Shown here: one piece after another, positions 25,663 through 39,537 of the stretch
How the letters are laid out: the number at the start of each line of letters is the position of its first letter
Position numbering within the stretch: the first letter of the stretch is position 1
Assembly (NCBI RefSeq): GCF_016433145.1
Contig: NC_058132.1
Location: 129,541,680 to 129,605,679 of the forward strand
Source of the DNA: Gracilinanus agilis
Taxonomy: Eukaryota
Direction: 5' to 3'
DNA: 64,000 bases
Program-made: the position numbers and the translations under genes
Notes under the pieces: model-generated
Seen by the model: only the letters and a program-made list of their open reading frames with translations
What the model was told of the DNA's origin: nothing
Database searches by the model: none

Positions 25663-27249
25663 GTAACCTATATAACAATTTCAGTATGTACATTAACACA
25701 GTTGCTGTTACTTCACATTTATATTTTTAACAATTCCAACTTCCCCCAAATACTTCCCTTTAGGGAAGGTGGATTTTTTTTGTAGGCATAGCAAAATCAG
25801 TATGCAGAAACATCTCTAGGGGTAGAGAAAGAATAGATTCAAGACTTTAAAAGCACAATTAATAAAAATGGTTTATTGAGTTCAGAAGTTAATCCAAATA
25901 CATTTAATAAAGCAATCTTTTTTAATTCAGTATTTTCTATTTTATTGGTTTCCTTAATAAAATCTACTGTTAACTCCATAAAAGCATTTTCAAAATTAAA
26001 AAATATACATTACCATAAAATATTCTGGTATAAAACACAATATATTCTTGTGTCATAAGAGACAAACATAAGATTGAGAAGACAATTCATTTTTATTTTC
26101 TGTTTACATTTGGAAACTTTTTGATCTAAAAAATGACTACACACAAAGACTCCAATCCTGCTCAGGTTCTCTTATTTGATATAATATGCTAGAGGGTGGT
26201 CCAGGTGTTAAATAAAAGTGAGGTTAAAAGTAGCAATGATAGTTAGTTTAAGAGGACAGCAAATTACTAACATAGGTAGAAACTTGGAGTGGATCATGCA
26301 GTCACAAAGTTAGAGCTAGAAGAGATCTTAAAGGTCATCTAGGCAATCTCTTACAGATAAGGAAATAGACTGAATAGTTAAGTGACTTGTCTAACTAATG
26401 TAGCAGTGCAGAGATTCAAACCTAGTATTCTAACTGCAAATGAAATGCTTTTCCTACCCAGATTTCCGCCAACAGAAGAAAAGGTATTAATTATGGAGGA
26501 CTGTTTTTAATACAGTCATATTGAATTTAGAGATCAAAAATAGGAAAGAAGTAAAACTTTTTTTAATAACAAACTGTATGAATTATTTTTCCTCCTCTGA
26601 ATTATTTTCCTCATTTCCTCTGCTGCCTTAGTGGGGAAATTGAAATATGATTATGCTCTATTAATACACATTGATTAACCACTTACTACTATGCCAGTAA
26701 CTTCTAAGGCTCTAGAATACAAAAACAAAGAAGGAAAAAATCTCTACTCTCAAAGAGCTTTTATGTTCTTTCAAGAGACATGTACATGTATAAACATATA
26801 CAGAATAAATATATGCCCCCCCCCCAAAAAAAAAGTGTGGTAGAGAAATAACAATTATAATGTATATAAACTTCTCTGGGCCCCAGTTTCTTTTTTTTGT
26901 AAATGAAGGAATTAGACTAGATGATTTCTAAGGTTCACCTAGGGACTTTCAAATCAGTCTACTTCTTCAGTGCCTTCCTCTTCCAGTCTTATGGATAAAT
27001 GGAACCCAGCAACAACATCCCATAAAAGTACTTCTACTTACTTTTTAATACATTATTCCCCTCTGCTGATATTTTGCTAGAATGTAGTATATATAGCATG
27101 CCTATTCTTCCACAAAAAATGTGCCTCCTTTTAAAGATTATAATTCTCTCCCATTCTCGACCCTTAACCATTCATATTACAGATTTTGAAGTATATTATT
27201 GTTTCAGTGATGTCATCCATTCTGAAATTGATCATCTTTGCTTCTCTTA

Positions 27250-28910
27250 ATCTCAAAATGCCTTAACAACATTCTCTAGTCTCTCTTCCTTTCCAAGTCT
27301 TGATAGTGAGATGGTCCTTCTTGTCAACCCCTCTAAAAGGGTTCTTGATCCCATCTCCTTACTGGTTCCAGCAAATTGCTCTCTCACTCTCATCTTCCTG
27401 TCATGTCATCACCTTCACTTTCTCATCTCTTCCTTTTTCCCTCTTTCCTATCAACTGGCTCCATCCTTGATATCCATAAACATGCCCAAGTTTACCTCTC
27501 AGCCTTAAAAAAGCATTTACTGGACCCTACTATCTCTTCATGCTGTTATTGAATCTCTACTCCCCTTTTCAGCCAAAACTCTTTGAAAAAGCTATTATCC
27601 CTTGATGCTTTTACTCCTTTCTTCTCCTCGAACCTCTATAGTTTGGATTCCAACCACTTTACTGAAGCTACTGTCTCCAGACTTACTGAAAATCTCTTAA
27701 TGGTTATATCTGATGGTCTTTTCTTAGACCTCATTACTAATCTGCATTTTACAATTTTGACAGCCCTCTTCTGAATATTCTCTTTCTGGGTTTTCCTGAC
27801 TCTAATCTCTCCTGGTTCTCCTGACCTCTTCACAGTTTCTTTTGCTGACAATGGGTAGAATCTACAGTAATTTAGCTCAGAGAGTGCTGCCTGGGAGACA
27901 TTGTATCATTTTCCCAGGTAATGTCATGTCTTGGAAGATGAGAAATCAGAGCTCATGGATACAACCAGGATCCTGAAGGGAGGAGGGCAGTGGGCCAAAG
28001 GAGAGATTCCATTGTTTTTAGGAAAGAAAATTATGTTGAGGAAGACTAACAGTATAAGTGGACTATATTATATCAGAGACTCAGGCAGAGTTCTACCATG
28101 GGATAATACTTCTAGCCTACTACTTCTCAAAGTATTTCTAAGAGTGAGACACAAAAGGGAAAAAAATGGGAAAAAGGGATAAGATCTATGAAACAGTAAC
28201 ATAAAAATTGTTTAAAAGACAGGCCTCAAATTTGGTACTGTACTTTGGAATTTTTCTTTCTATAATGAACATAAAGACTCTAGTGAAGTAATAAATAAGT
28301 ATAAAGGTAAGGAATTAAAGAATGAAATTTTAAAACAAACAGAAGGGCAAGAGAATGAGGAGAATAAAGAAATCCTTTTTTATAAAATTCATGAAATTAA
28401 AAAAAACAAGTGAGTGAAGGAAAGGAGAGAAAAAGAATATTAATTAACTGCTTAACTGTGAGGGAGGAAAAAAAAGAATTAGATAATTAAATAAAATTAA
28501 ATAAAAGAAATAAAATTTCCTTTGCTAGCTCATCATCCGTTTAATATCACCCATCTGTGGGGCAACCTCAAGGCTCTGCTCTAAGACCTCTTCTGTTCTC
28601 TCTATACCCACTTACATGATGACCTCCTCATCAGTTCCAATGAATTTAATTATCCCTGTGCAGATAACTCTCAGGTCTATCTATATGTCCATCTCTAAGT
28701 TGCCCCTTAAGTTTCCATTCCATATCAACAACTACCTGTTGAACATTTCAAACTCAACATATCTAAACCTGAATCCATTATCTCCTCCTTCAAACCTAAT
28801 TTCCAAACTTCCCTATTTTTTCTTGAAGATACTATCATTCTTCCAGCCAACTAGGTTCATAACTTCAGAGTTATCTCATTTTCCTAACTCTATATACATC
28901 CAATAAGAAC
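27250..28910 (+). mobile_element. L2 ORF2 remnant interrupted by a ~660-bp L1-like insertion (~27850-28515)
   Basis: Pyrimidine-rich L2; GGGGCAACCTCAAGGCTCTGCTCTAAGACCTCTTCTG corresponds to the RT motif G.PQGS.L.PLLF; flanks break at TTTGCT on both sides. Confidence 0.6.
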
Positions 28911-29555
28911 CTCCTTTTGCTCCCTTCTGTGTATTTTTTAAATGTTTCATTGACATCTTTTCCTTTCTTTTTTTTTAAACATTGTCATACCCACTACTCA
29001 GTGCCGTGAGACCTGCTAGTCATACCAAAACAATTCCACACAATGGCCACAGTGAATATGTTTCATTTCGCACTTTACTGTAGTACTTCTTTGCCAAGAG
29101 GTAGGCCATTATCCTTTTAAATATTGCAGTTATTGTATAAATGGGCTTTGATAGCATCTTGGATTGAGACAGTTATATTGCAAAACAATTCAGAACTGTA
29201 ACCAAAATCACTAAACTTTGACACTAAACTTCAATCATGATGGTAGTTCTATTAACTTTTTTTTGCATTAGTTCATACAAGTCTAGATTTCTCTGAACTC
29301 TACTTCTTAGATCATTTCTCGAAGTACAATAATACACCAAACATTTGTGTACCATAATTTGTTCAGCCATTCTTCAATTAATGGACATCCACAGTTGCCA
29401 GTTCTTTGCTACAGTTTCATTATTTAATAACTACACAAATGTGGGTAACTCACTTGTCTCTGAGTTTTAGTTTCATGTTTCATAGACCAGTCATTGTTAG
29501 ATGACTACTTTCCTTATAAACCTAGCTTAAAACTACATTAAGACTTTTGGGGCAC

Positions 29556-29557
<2 letters not shown>

Positions 29558-29586
<29 letters not shown>
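29558..29586. repeat. (TG)n microsatellite
   Basis: About 14 uninterrupted TG units. Confidence 0.95.
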
Positions 29587-29588
<2 letters not shown>

Positions 29589-31041
29589 TGGTGTTATTGT
29601 TTATATAAATGACCTGTTTAACATAAAGATATACAAAAGGGATGCTTGCAACTTAGTGATGGCTGTAAATCTTTTCTGATATCAGAGAAGAAAGAAAAAG
29701 GACACATATTTAGGTAGCAAAGGAACAAAAGAATTGGTTCTTATCCAGGACTATTTCTTTTAATCTTCCCAAAGAGTTTTTATCAATACCATAATTGATT
29801 TCTCCTCTGTAATAATCTCCAATGGGGATCTCTTTATCAGGCAATATTCCTATAAAGGGCTTTTTCCCCCTTCCTCTTTATTTCTGATAGTAACAATCAA
29901 ATAATGGGGACTCCACTGAATTGCCTTTTACCAGGTTGCATTCTGACTACTTCCTACTCTTATACCTTTACTAGACTGAATTTGTCTGATTAAGCAGATT
30001 CATATTCCCAATTAATATATTTCTATGCCATGGACTATGATTATTATCTTCTAACTAGATGAATAGTAACTATTCAATAAATTCTCATTTGTTAGTTGAA
30101 TAGTAAGGAGACCATTGAATCCATGAGTAGGCAATACCTAATGAGCAACACACAGGAAGATAGAACAAAGCATCTACTTCCTCATAGTTTCTAACATAAG
30201 TTTTAATGCCAGAAAATCGCATTTTCCGTGGTGGGTGAATGTGAAAAATTAAATTGCATATGTTACAGTAAAGGCTCAAAACTTCCTCATAAACAATTAA
30301 ACAAAGAGGTTATATCTATACAAATTCCTTATGCCAGCTCTGATAGAAGCAGAAACATTGAGAGTTAAGTGGATATCATATGGCTAATAGCAATACTTTT
30401 TAGTTATTTGAGTAAATTTCAGGTAACCATGAAAGAATTCTTAATACTTATATGAGTCTGTATTTCAATAGCCTTCACATTATTTTGAGGAAAAGGTACA
30501 TTATTTTCTTGACACATGTTTATGTGAGAATATTTCCCCCTAATTGGAGCTGTCCAAAATTGCAAATTAAAAGTCCTACCTCATCTTTCCAGAATATAAC
30601 AAAATGCAACTGTCAATCTGAAAATAAAGGAGGTTAAACAATATAAGTAAATGTAACAAACCCATCTGGTATATAGCTTTTGCATTTTGTTCATAAGAGG
30701 GCTCCTTCAGAATATATTCACTCTATTCAGTCCTAATTTTGCTCACAGTTCCAAAGAGCTTGACTATCTGCTTTTTAATTCCTCAGCATATTAGAAAAGG
30801 GCAAGAACATTCTGCAGGTAGAAATACTGAATTCAAAAGTTAACAACAATGAAGGAAATAAAAAAAAACAGACATAATAATTCAGCCATAGCAGTCTTCA
30901 GTCATTTAGTGTAGGGGAAAATAATTTTTGATGTTTGTGTCTGGTGAGCTATAGTCAACCAAAAGCAGTTAAATTATATAATTATGATAGTGTAGGTCCT
31001 AAGTAATCTCTTAAACTCTGCTTTTAAGAATGACTCATTCT

Positions 31042-31227
31042 GGGGGGCAGCTGGGTAGCTCAGTGAATTGAGAGTCAGGCCTAGAGACAGGAGGTCCTGG
31101 GTTCAAGTCCGGCCTCAGACACTTCCCAGCTGTGTGACCCTAGACAGGCCACTTGACCCCCATTGCCCACCCTTACCACACTTCTACCTAGGAGCCAATA
31201 CACAGAAGTTGATGGTTTAAAAAAAAA
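31042..31227 (+). mobile_element. SINE1-type, full length
   Basis: A box TAGCTCAGTG, B box GGTTCAAGTCC, A-tail; 16-bp TSD AAGAATGACTCATTCT at 31026-31041 and 31228-31243. Confidence 0.93.
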
Positions 31228-32491
31228 AAGAATGACTCATTCTCCAAGGGTTCCAGGTTTCCAAATAAATATACAAATAAATGTGCATCATTTGAGGTAT
31301 AAAAAAGGTAACAGCATATCAGAGAGTGCTGGCCTGGGAGTCAGAGATTGTGGTTGAAACCTGGCTTCTTGTAACCTGGACAAGTCATTTTAACCTCTTT
31401 GTCTCAGTCAACTCCTAAAGATTCATGTACTTAGTCACAGGCTGAGATCTGTATTCATTCAGAAACTAATCAAATTTCAAGTTCTTGGCGTATGAATATA
31501 AACTGATACAAATCAACACAAAAATAAGATTACTGTAGTCCTTAACTAGTCCTCTTTAATAAAAGCTTTTACTCTATTGATGTCATAGGACTGAAAAGAC
31601 AATTGGATCAATATGTTGATTTATTGCTCAGTTAGGTTGAATTACCTTCATAATTAAACCCTTTCTACTTTCTGATGAAATTTGATATTGCAGCTTAAAG
31701 AAATATGTTTTATGTATTTTTCAAATTTTTCACATATGAATAAAGAATATTTGTGACATATTTGGCCAGAGGGTTAGTTCATTAAGAAACTTGGAAATTT
31801 GCCCTGCTCTTTTTTTCTTAATATGTATCTTGGGTACAGAACTTTTATTAACACAATTAAGGAAGGGAGACTGTAGCCTACATTTACTTAAGTTTCTTTT
31901 TTTTTAGTGACACAAAGAGTTCTCATTACCTGTTTTTTATCTTTATCTTCCAAGAAACCGAATAATTAACAAATTTGACTCTTATTTGTAATTTTGATTT
32001 GTCCCTCATTTATTGGACTAGTTCATAGCATCATTTAGTCTAAGGTGGAAAAGTATCCATACTATAGGGAGAAATAAATTCCTAAATCTTGACAATTTAG
32101 ATTAATACCATTTTAGTATCCTTTGTATGTTTCCATTAAATTGAAAAAAAAAGTAACATGTTCTAAATGAATACTTTTGTCCTCTTAAGCATATCATAGT
32201 AGACACTCAGATGTGTGTCTGTCTTAAGGTAAATGATGAACTTTAAAGTTTCATCTAAGTTTGCATCCCCTGATTGAGCCTTTGAGAACTTACGATCACA
32301 AAACTTTACAATAAAACATCAGAGTACTGAATGCAGCAAATCCAAATGGAAGGAAAACAAAAGGAACCTGAGTCTGCGTGATGCCTGTTATCTGGTATTT
32401 TTGACAAGCGTAACACAATTAAATATAGCTCAAGAAGCCAACTAAGAAAATACATGCTAGTTCGCAGTAAGTTTGATCCTTTATTCTCCAG

Positions 32492-32653
32492 GCCAGCAGC
32501 AACAGGGAAAACAGAGAAGAAATACAAATCCCTGGTGGAATGAAAATACCCTTTGTTCAAATGAAGGAACAGCCTAGCCAGAATTTGAGAAAATTGGACA
32601 CTTCTGACCAGGGCATTAAGGATGGTCACCAGAAAGGAGAAAGTGGGACAAAA
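32492..32653 (+). CDS. SPART: SPART exon 4 (162 nt), divergent linker
   Basis: cctttattctccAG|GCC; ASSNRENREEIQIPGGMKIPFVQMKEQPSQNLRKLDTSDQGIKDGHQKGESGTK; donor AAA|GTAAGT. Shares QIPG and DQG.KD..KG with the human exon; phase 0/0. Confidence 0.88.
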
Positions 32654-35094
32654 GTAAGTAAGTTAAAGGATTAGAATTGGTCTGCTGTGGAAAAATTTTC
32701 AAGAAAAAGAAGGAGTAAAAGCACTTAACTAAAAGTTGAGAAGAACAACATTAAAAACAAGGTAATGTCCTGTGAATCCATCCCATAAGATGACTCTGCT
32801 TTCATAATCACTGATGGCCAATAGATTCTTATGGGTTGTATTTATAAGGCACACAAAATTCAGAGTAATTTAGTTATAACTTAAGGAGAAGAACTATATT
32901 TTCATGTTTTGCTTTTCCTGATATTCTAAAATAGATTGAGAGAAGGCATAAGGAATTATCTAAGAAATTGATCTTATTGCAGTGGCACACATACTTTCAT
33001 TAATCTTTGACATTTTCATTTCCATTTATTAAAATAAATAAATAAATAACTCGCTAGTAACTGAAATGCCTTACATTTCTGCTTTTCATTTTTAAACCTG
33101 CTTAAAGCAAAATAACAATTTTGGGTAAGGCTCTGTGTGTCTGGGAGAAGAACATGGTTTTTCAAGTGTTTTAAAATATTACTTCATTTAGTATTGCTTT
33201 GCTTTAAGGTATCATATTTATGTCTTAAACATATCTTGGTTCACAGAGAGAAGGATTGAGCCTTTACTGTATCTCTAACAATAAAAATCCTCATAGGACT
33301 CTAATGGTAGCTTGACAGCTTGGTGGTTGTAAAGAGATACTAGTGTGGACTGGCCTAGAGGAGGGCATTCTCTCAAACATTTGACTAATGACTAGTTCTT
33401 TACTTCTAAATACTTTAATTTGATTTTCTGAAGCTGTCCCTAAGATAAAATCTTGTTGATCATTGAGATCAATTTTGTCTAGCAACAGTTACAGAATGAA
33501 AAAGGGAGGAGGATCTCTTTTCCCTTGCCCTAATGAGAAAGTTAGTAGATGAGCAATTATAAATCATTTTCAATTTTTTATGCATTAAACCTGTCTTCCT
33601 TACCTTTTGAAACAAAATTTAATTTTTCCTCTGCTTTACACATTTCTTTCTTGCCTTCTTTCTTTCAAAAAGGCCATGGAAGTTGACTATAAAATATTTT
33701 GCTTTTAACAAAGAATAACTAAGTAAAATATCACTGCTAAATGATTGAGACTTTTGGAGGGCTGGAACTGGAAAAGAAGTCAGTCTTTAACAAAAGGAAA
33801 TAGCAAATTTTTTTAATGATCCAGCATCATAGACTTTTATGAGAGGAAGGTTTAGAAGAATTCATATTTTTACAAGAAAAACAAAGTAAAACATTTTTAT
33901 AGCTAGATACCTTTTTATTTGTCTTCCTGATAGACCTTATTTTCTTCTATAAAATATTAATAGACTCTCACCTATTACTTTATATTAGCTTTTTTTTGTA
34001 GAACATTTTAATTTTAAAAAATATATAGGCCCCCTTACAACTAAACTACTTGCACCCTGGGGGCCTTCTATATTAAGATTATATTGTTGAGTGCTTTCTT
34101 TCTTCTCATTTGATTATGTTTTGTTTCTTATTTTTTAAGTGTTATTGTCAGATAAGAACCACATGTTTTTAGACTACTAGAAGAATGTATATGATCACAA
34201 ATATTTGAAATTTAATAATTTATTTGCATATTTTGTACTCAAGTATGTATTACATAAATAATTTCAATGTTAGACTTGGATGAATACATTGAAGTTGTAT
34301 GTAATTTGTTACCATTTTGTGATTACTAAGCCTTCTGGTGGTATCTTTATTGACTAAAAGATGGACGGGGAAGTTTTTGTTTTTTGTAAAATCATACAGA
34401 AAAGCTTTTTTTTGTTGACATGAGATGTGGACAAAAAATAAATAAATGAGAAGCTAATATACTACCACAAAAAGCAGAAGAGAATTTGCTTAAATAATAG
34501 AGTGAGTGTGTGTGCACATGTGTGTTTATGAGTTATGAAAGAAAGAGAGAGGCATTAATATAGAAAAATTTAATATTAAAAGAGGAATTTGTATCCATGT
34601 TTTAAATTTAGGAAATTTTACAAGGAAAACTTAAAGAATTAAGAAACCACATAATATTGGTCACTTCAGACTTTTCTCTCTCATAATTTAACATGGTAGA
34701 AATGTATCGTGAAGCATTGGTACAAACATAAAAAAAGCATAGTGAAGTGGGTAGATAAATGACCTTAGAGAAAAGAAAAACCTTATATCAAGTACTGTTC
34801 TGAAATATATATATGACCCTGGGCATTTCACTTGGTTCTCAGGGTTCTAAACAATTTTTTAAAACCATAAAGAAACCAAACTATATTGATAGAGGGAGTT
34901 TCCTCATGTGAGTGTTCTCTATACCAATGAAATCATATTCTAGTCTCTATCCCTATATAAAAACAATATCTGTTCCCCAAAGGATAGAAATAGTCAATTT
35001 TAAAATTCAGATAATTATATAACAGTTTTTGAATTAATGTAAGATAACATAATAACTATATGATTAAATGTTTCAGATCATTAAAAATTAAAAA

Positions 35095-35690
35095 AACACA
35101 CAAATTAAAACACTTGTTCGGCACCATGTCACACTCATCTGATTAGCAAAATTGACAAGTGAAGAGTTCTAGGGGAAGACAAAACATATTAACACTGGTG
35201 GATGAGCTTGGTGGAGCTATGGATTAGTTCAACCATTTTGGAAAACAATTTGGAACTAGACCCTAAAAGGTTCTTCAATCCCTTTTTAACCTAGCAATAT
35301 CACTACAAGGCTTATATCCTGAAGAAATAGAGAACTTAAAGGTTCAAAAAGTATTTATAACAATACCTTTTTGTTTTAGCAAACTAAGACAGTAGGCGCT
35401 CATCAATTTAAAATGACTGACCAAATCATGGCATGTGAATAGTATTGTGCTAGATGAAATGATAAATATGATGAATTCAGAGAAACTTGGAAAAATGAGC
35501 AGAACCAGTAGAACAATTTATGAAATGACCACAGTAATGTGAAGGAAAAATGACTGAAAAACTTCAGAACTGTGACAAATGATGACTTTAAAAGACTGAT
35601 GACAAAAAAATGTGCCTTCTATCTTTTACTAGAGAAGTGATGAGTTAGAGGTAAAAAAAGGTGGGAAATAAGGAAAAGCATTGGTTCGTC
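35095..35690 (+). mobile_element. Old L1 3' fragment
   Basis: CACCATGTCACACTCATCTGATTAGCAAAA..CCATTTTGGAAAACAATTTGGAACTA..CTTTTTAACCTAGCAATATCACTAC. Confidence 0.65.
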
Positions 35691-37202
35691 TAACAAGGGA
35701 GAACAAGTTTTCCCTAGAAAGCATGTTGAGAGGTCCAAATGAACAAGATAATACCAAAATATTTATAGGTAGAGTAGAAACTCTTTACACTTTATACTTT
35801 AGTACTATATGTAGTATATAAAGAAGTTTAAGTGGCACTTGATAGTTACAGAGAAAGAATTTTTCAAGTTAATTAAAATATTTTCCCATGGTTATATGAT
35901 TCATGTACAGAGAATTAATTTGACAAAATATTGATAAAAGAAATTTAAACTGAAGGTGATGAAATTATTGAGGGGTAAAAGTAGATTCATTTTTAATATA
36001 TCTTAGGAAAATTTCTAAAGAATAAAAGATCACAGATGACATTACCAAAAAAAGGCTTGAAAAGGTACCAGAGGTTATGAGCTATGTTTTTTCAAATTTC
36101 TTAAGTCTTTAGGAATATGGTATATATACACAGCAAGATTGTTCTTGATGAAAATATGAAAAGAGAACAAAAGATTTTCACAGTTTTTGATTACAGATTA
36201 TATCTTCAGTATTACATAATTGACTGAAATGTACAGAAAACTAAAAACTTCACTGTTTATTGATTTTAACATAGTTCAATTCTACAAGATAAAACTTTAA
36301 TAGCTCTCCCTCAATAAGATATTGACCATGTTTATATAAATATCATAAAACATTCCTTGATGGTTGCTATACCAGAAATGTTTCACTTTTTCCCTAATTA
36401 TCACTATCAGGCATGAAGAAGAGATGTATGCTTGAAGGCGTGTTTATATAGGACATCTTCTATGATAGTTGTAGAGACTCAGTAGGATAGGGATTCTACA
36501 TTGATGTAATATTGAACACTTTAATGGCTCTTAACCTTTTTGTAGGTCTAATGAAGCCTTTGAAAAAATCCTATATCAAACTAAAATAAAATAAGGAAAT
36601 CAATTATATTGAAATAGTTATGAAAAAAATGTTTTAGAGTTCATGAACTTGAGGCATAGATTCATTATGTTAATGGATTGTGTCAGTAAAATCATTCTCA
36701 AATACAGAATTATAAAATGTGAGAGTGGGAACAGAACTTATTGGCCATCTTGTCCAATCCATACCATAAAGCCTCCTTAAAAGATAGTTGCCTAGAAATT
36801 CATCTAGGAAAAGTCAAGAAGAATGTGCCTTCCAAATTATAAAATGATGAATAGCTCATTAAACTAACCCATCAGCCTACATACCAATGGATAGGTAATG
36901 AAGAATGACAATGTTGGACCCAGAGTCAAGTAAGAGAAGACTATGTTAGAGTATTTTTTTTAAAAAGTGTATAGGCCTTTGGCATTCCCAGGATGATCCC
37001 AAAATACAAGCACATCTTTCTAACATTAATTTTTTTCTTTTGTTAGGAGTAAGAGTTTTATTACAATGTCTTAGTCTAGTAAAATAAACAAATTAAAGTT
37101 CTAGGTAAGACAATTTGTCATCCAATTTAACATACAAAAAATGTTCATTATGGAGGGAGCATCACACAATCCCTTTTCTATTTCCCCCATGGACCTATTT
37201 TT

Positions 37203-37400
37203 TTTTACATTTTTAAACCCTTAACTTCTGTGTATTAGCTCCTAGGTGGAAGAGTGGTAAGGGTGGGCAGTGGGGGTCAAGTGACTTGCCCAGGATCACA
37301 CAGCTGGGAAGTGTCTGAGGCTGGATTTGAACCTAGGACCTCTCATCTCTAGGCCTGACTCAATCCACTGAGCTACCCAACAGCCCCCCACCCCCCACCC
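37203..37400 (-). mobile_element. SINE1-type, full length
   Basis: Reverse-strand match to the same family; TSD TGGACCTATTTTT at 37190-37202 and 37404-37416. Confidence 0.92.
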
Positions 37401-37636
37401 CCGTGGACCTATTTTTGCCCATTAAGGATAATTTTTCTATAATTTATCTAACATAAATCTTAAGAATTCTTGTTTTCCAAAAATTTGTAATACCAGAAAT
37501 TACTCTTAAAATCAACACAAAAAGTAATTGAAAATTATTGTAATATAACCACTTTCTTGTGGGTATAAAAGAAAGTATTGTGTATATTAACCTTTATCAA
37601 AGGATCATTAATACTGTCCAGTGTATTTACCAAGAA

Positions 37637-38089
37637 GGGCAGCTAGATGGTACAAAGGATAAAATGCAGGGCGTACAGTCAGGAAAACTCACTCTTTGAC
37701 CCTGGGGCAAGTCACTAAACTCTGTTTGCCTCAAATTCCTCATCTGTAAAATAAGCTAGAAAATGAAATGGCAAAGTACTCCAGAAACTTTGCAAGAAAA
37801 CTCTAAATGAGATCATGAAGAGCTGGGCACAACTGAAAATGACTGAACAACAGTTAATTTTAGGCAGTTGGGTGGTACACAGAATCAGGAAGGTCTGAAT
37901 TCAAATATAGCCTTAGACATTTACTAACTATGTGATCCTGGGCAAGTCACTTAACCTTATTTTTTTCAGTTTCCTCATCTATAAAAAGATATGAAGAAGG
38001 AAATGGCAAACCACTCTAGTATCTTTTAAATCTCCAAAAGGGGTCACAAAGAGTTTAAACACAACTGAAAAATGACTAAACAACAACAA
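37637..38089 (+). mobile_element. Two tandem MAR1-type SINEs (37637-37852, 37862-38089)
   Basis: Two consecutive head-CORE-tail units ending in ACTGAAAA..GACTGAACAAC / GACTAAACAACAAC. Confidence 0.75.
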
Positions 38090-38099
38090 GCTTACCATG

Positions 38100-38565
38100 A
38101 GTTTTGCTGTTCTTTGATATCTTCCTTTGTATCATTGAGGTCAGTCAAAATTGCATTTATCCAATTGACAGTACTATATGATTCAAGATCAGGAAGCACC
38201 ATGAATTCCACAGAATTATAGATGATCCAAAGGGTAGTGAAGAAATGAATGAAGGATTTAAGTAAATTGCAGCATATTATCAATAACGACTTGCTTTTAA
38301 GAAATAACATGAGATAGTCATTCAAGGAAACAAGATAGGAATGGATGACAAGAAATGGAGTTAGAATGAGAATTGACATTAAGTGTTTTATTTTTATCCA
38401 AAAAATATAAAAGAGCCAGAATAGACTTTAATTCATTAGGTAGACGTTCTCTTAAGGATTTATGAAAGGATGTGGACAAGCATCACCCAAGATGACAACT
38501 TATGGATGAATTAGTCTTTGTGTAGAGGAAGCTGCCACACTGATAAAATCACAAATCCACTGAAG
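38100..38565 (+). mobile_element. RTE-clade LINE 3' fragment
   Basis: GATGATCCAAAGGGTAGTGAAG..GCAGCATATTATCAATAA.. and GGATTTATGAAAGGATGTGGACAAGCATCACCCAAGATGA resemble the marsupial RTE 3' end as recalled. Confidence 0.6.
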
Positions 38566-39021
38566 AAAATAGAAGTGTCAAAGGATTTGAATTGCATAAT
38601 TAACTTCAAACTAAGAATCAAGTCTTTGAAAATGGATTAGCATGAGTTCAGTGTAGTTCACAGTTTTGCAAGTCATTTGATTTATAATTAGTTATACCTA
38701 AGAAACTAAGTAAATTTCTTGGTTACTTCAGGTTTGTTTGACCTGTAACAACCCGATTACAAAATATTTTGGGCTCTTTAATTTTAGAAAAATGAACTGT
38801 CGGGAGCACTTAAGAGAAATTAGAATCTCAAGCAGATATTTTTATCTAGACCCCATCAAAAGATCAATACAAACTGGCAGAGCCATGTATTGACCTTTTC
38901 TCCCTATCAAGATCAAGACCAGAATGGGATATCTAATATAAAAATCTGAGATTCCTCTTTTAATTCCTTTCATAATTCACACCTTTCTTTAAAATGCAAT
39001 ATAGTCTTATTGAAAAAGCTT

Positions 39022-39537
39022 TGGGTTCTCAGTAATACAGCAGGAGAGGGGTTAACATAGTTTCCCTTTGACCAAGAATGCAGCTGCTTGGTACAGCCAA
39101 GGTCGGACCCTTATCAGGGGCATTTTGCCCAGAATTAAAGTAAAATAATGAGGCTCAAAAATATTGTTTAACACCATCAAGGCTGAGACATTCAGGGGCT
39201 TTCCGGCCTAACAAAATGTCCCAGACTTCACTTAATGATAACACATATAGTTGATAGTTTAGCATAGGTTTTTATCTACACCTGGAGGCTTCTAAGGCTT
39301 TTGTTTTGACTATAGTAAAAATACTGCTCTCTGTAATTGTGGGAAACTTTCTTGGGCTTTTGGGGGAAGGTGATCTTTAACTTTCTATATAATAAACTGG
39401 TGACTCCACTGTACCTCGGAGCACTTTGAGCTAACAAGCTGTGCTTCCAATCTGTTTTGTTCTTTATATCCGACAACCACCCTAGGCCACTCAGATAAGT
39501 CTCTGGTTATAGAGCAGGATCTCTATAATGAACCACA
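39022..39537. mobile_element. Possible solo LTR
   Basis: TG..CA ends (TGGGTTC / GAACCACA) and CTATATAATAAAC followed by CTCGGAGCAC; no convincing TSD. Confidence 0.3.

Noticed and set aside
24986-26615. Short tandem duplications (CTGTGACATA x2 at 24986; TGGAATATTGCTT x2 at 25162; TGAATTATTTT x2 near 26579)
   Set aside because: Ordinary slippage duplications; no array structure.
32234-32330. C/D-box snoRNA-like motifs (ATGATGA ... CTGA) in intron 3
   Set aside because: No terminal stem; the C box is locked in a local hairpin (GATGAA/TTCATC); spacing to the acceptor is atypical.
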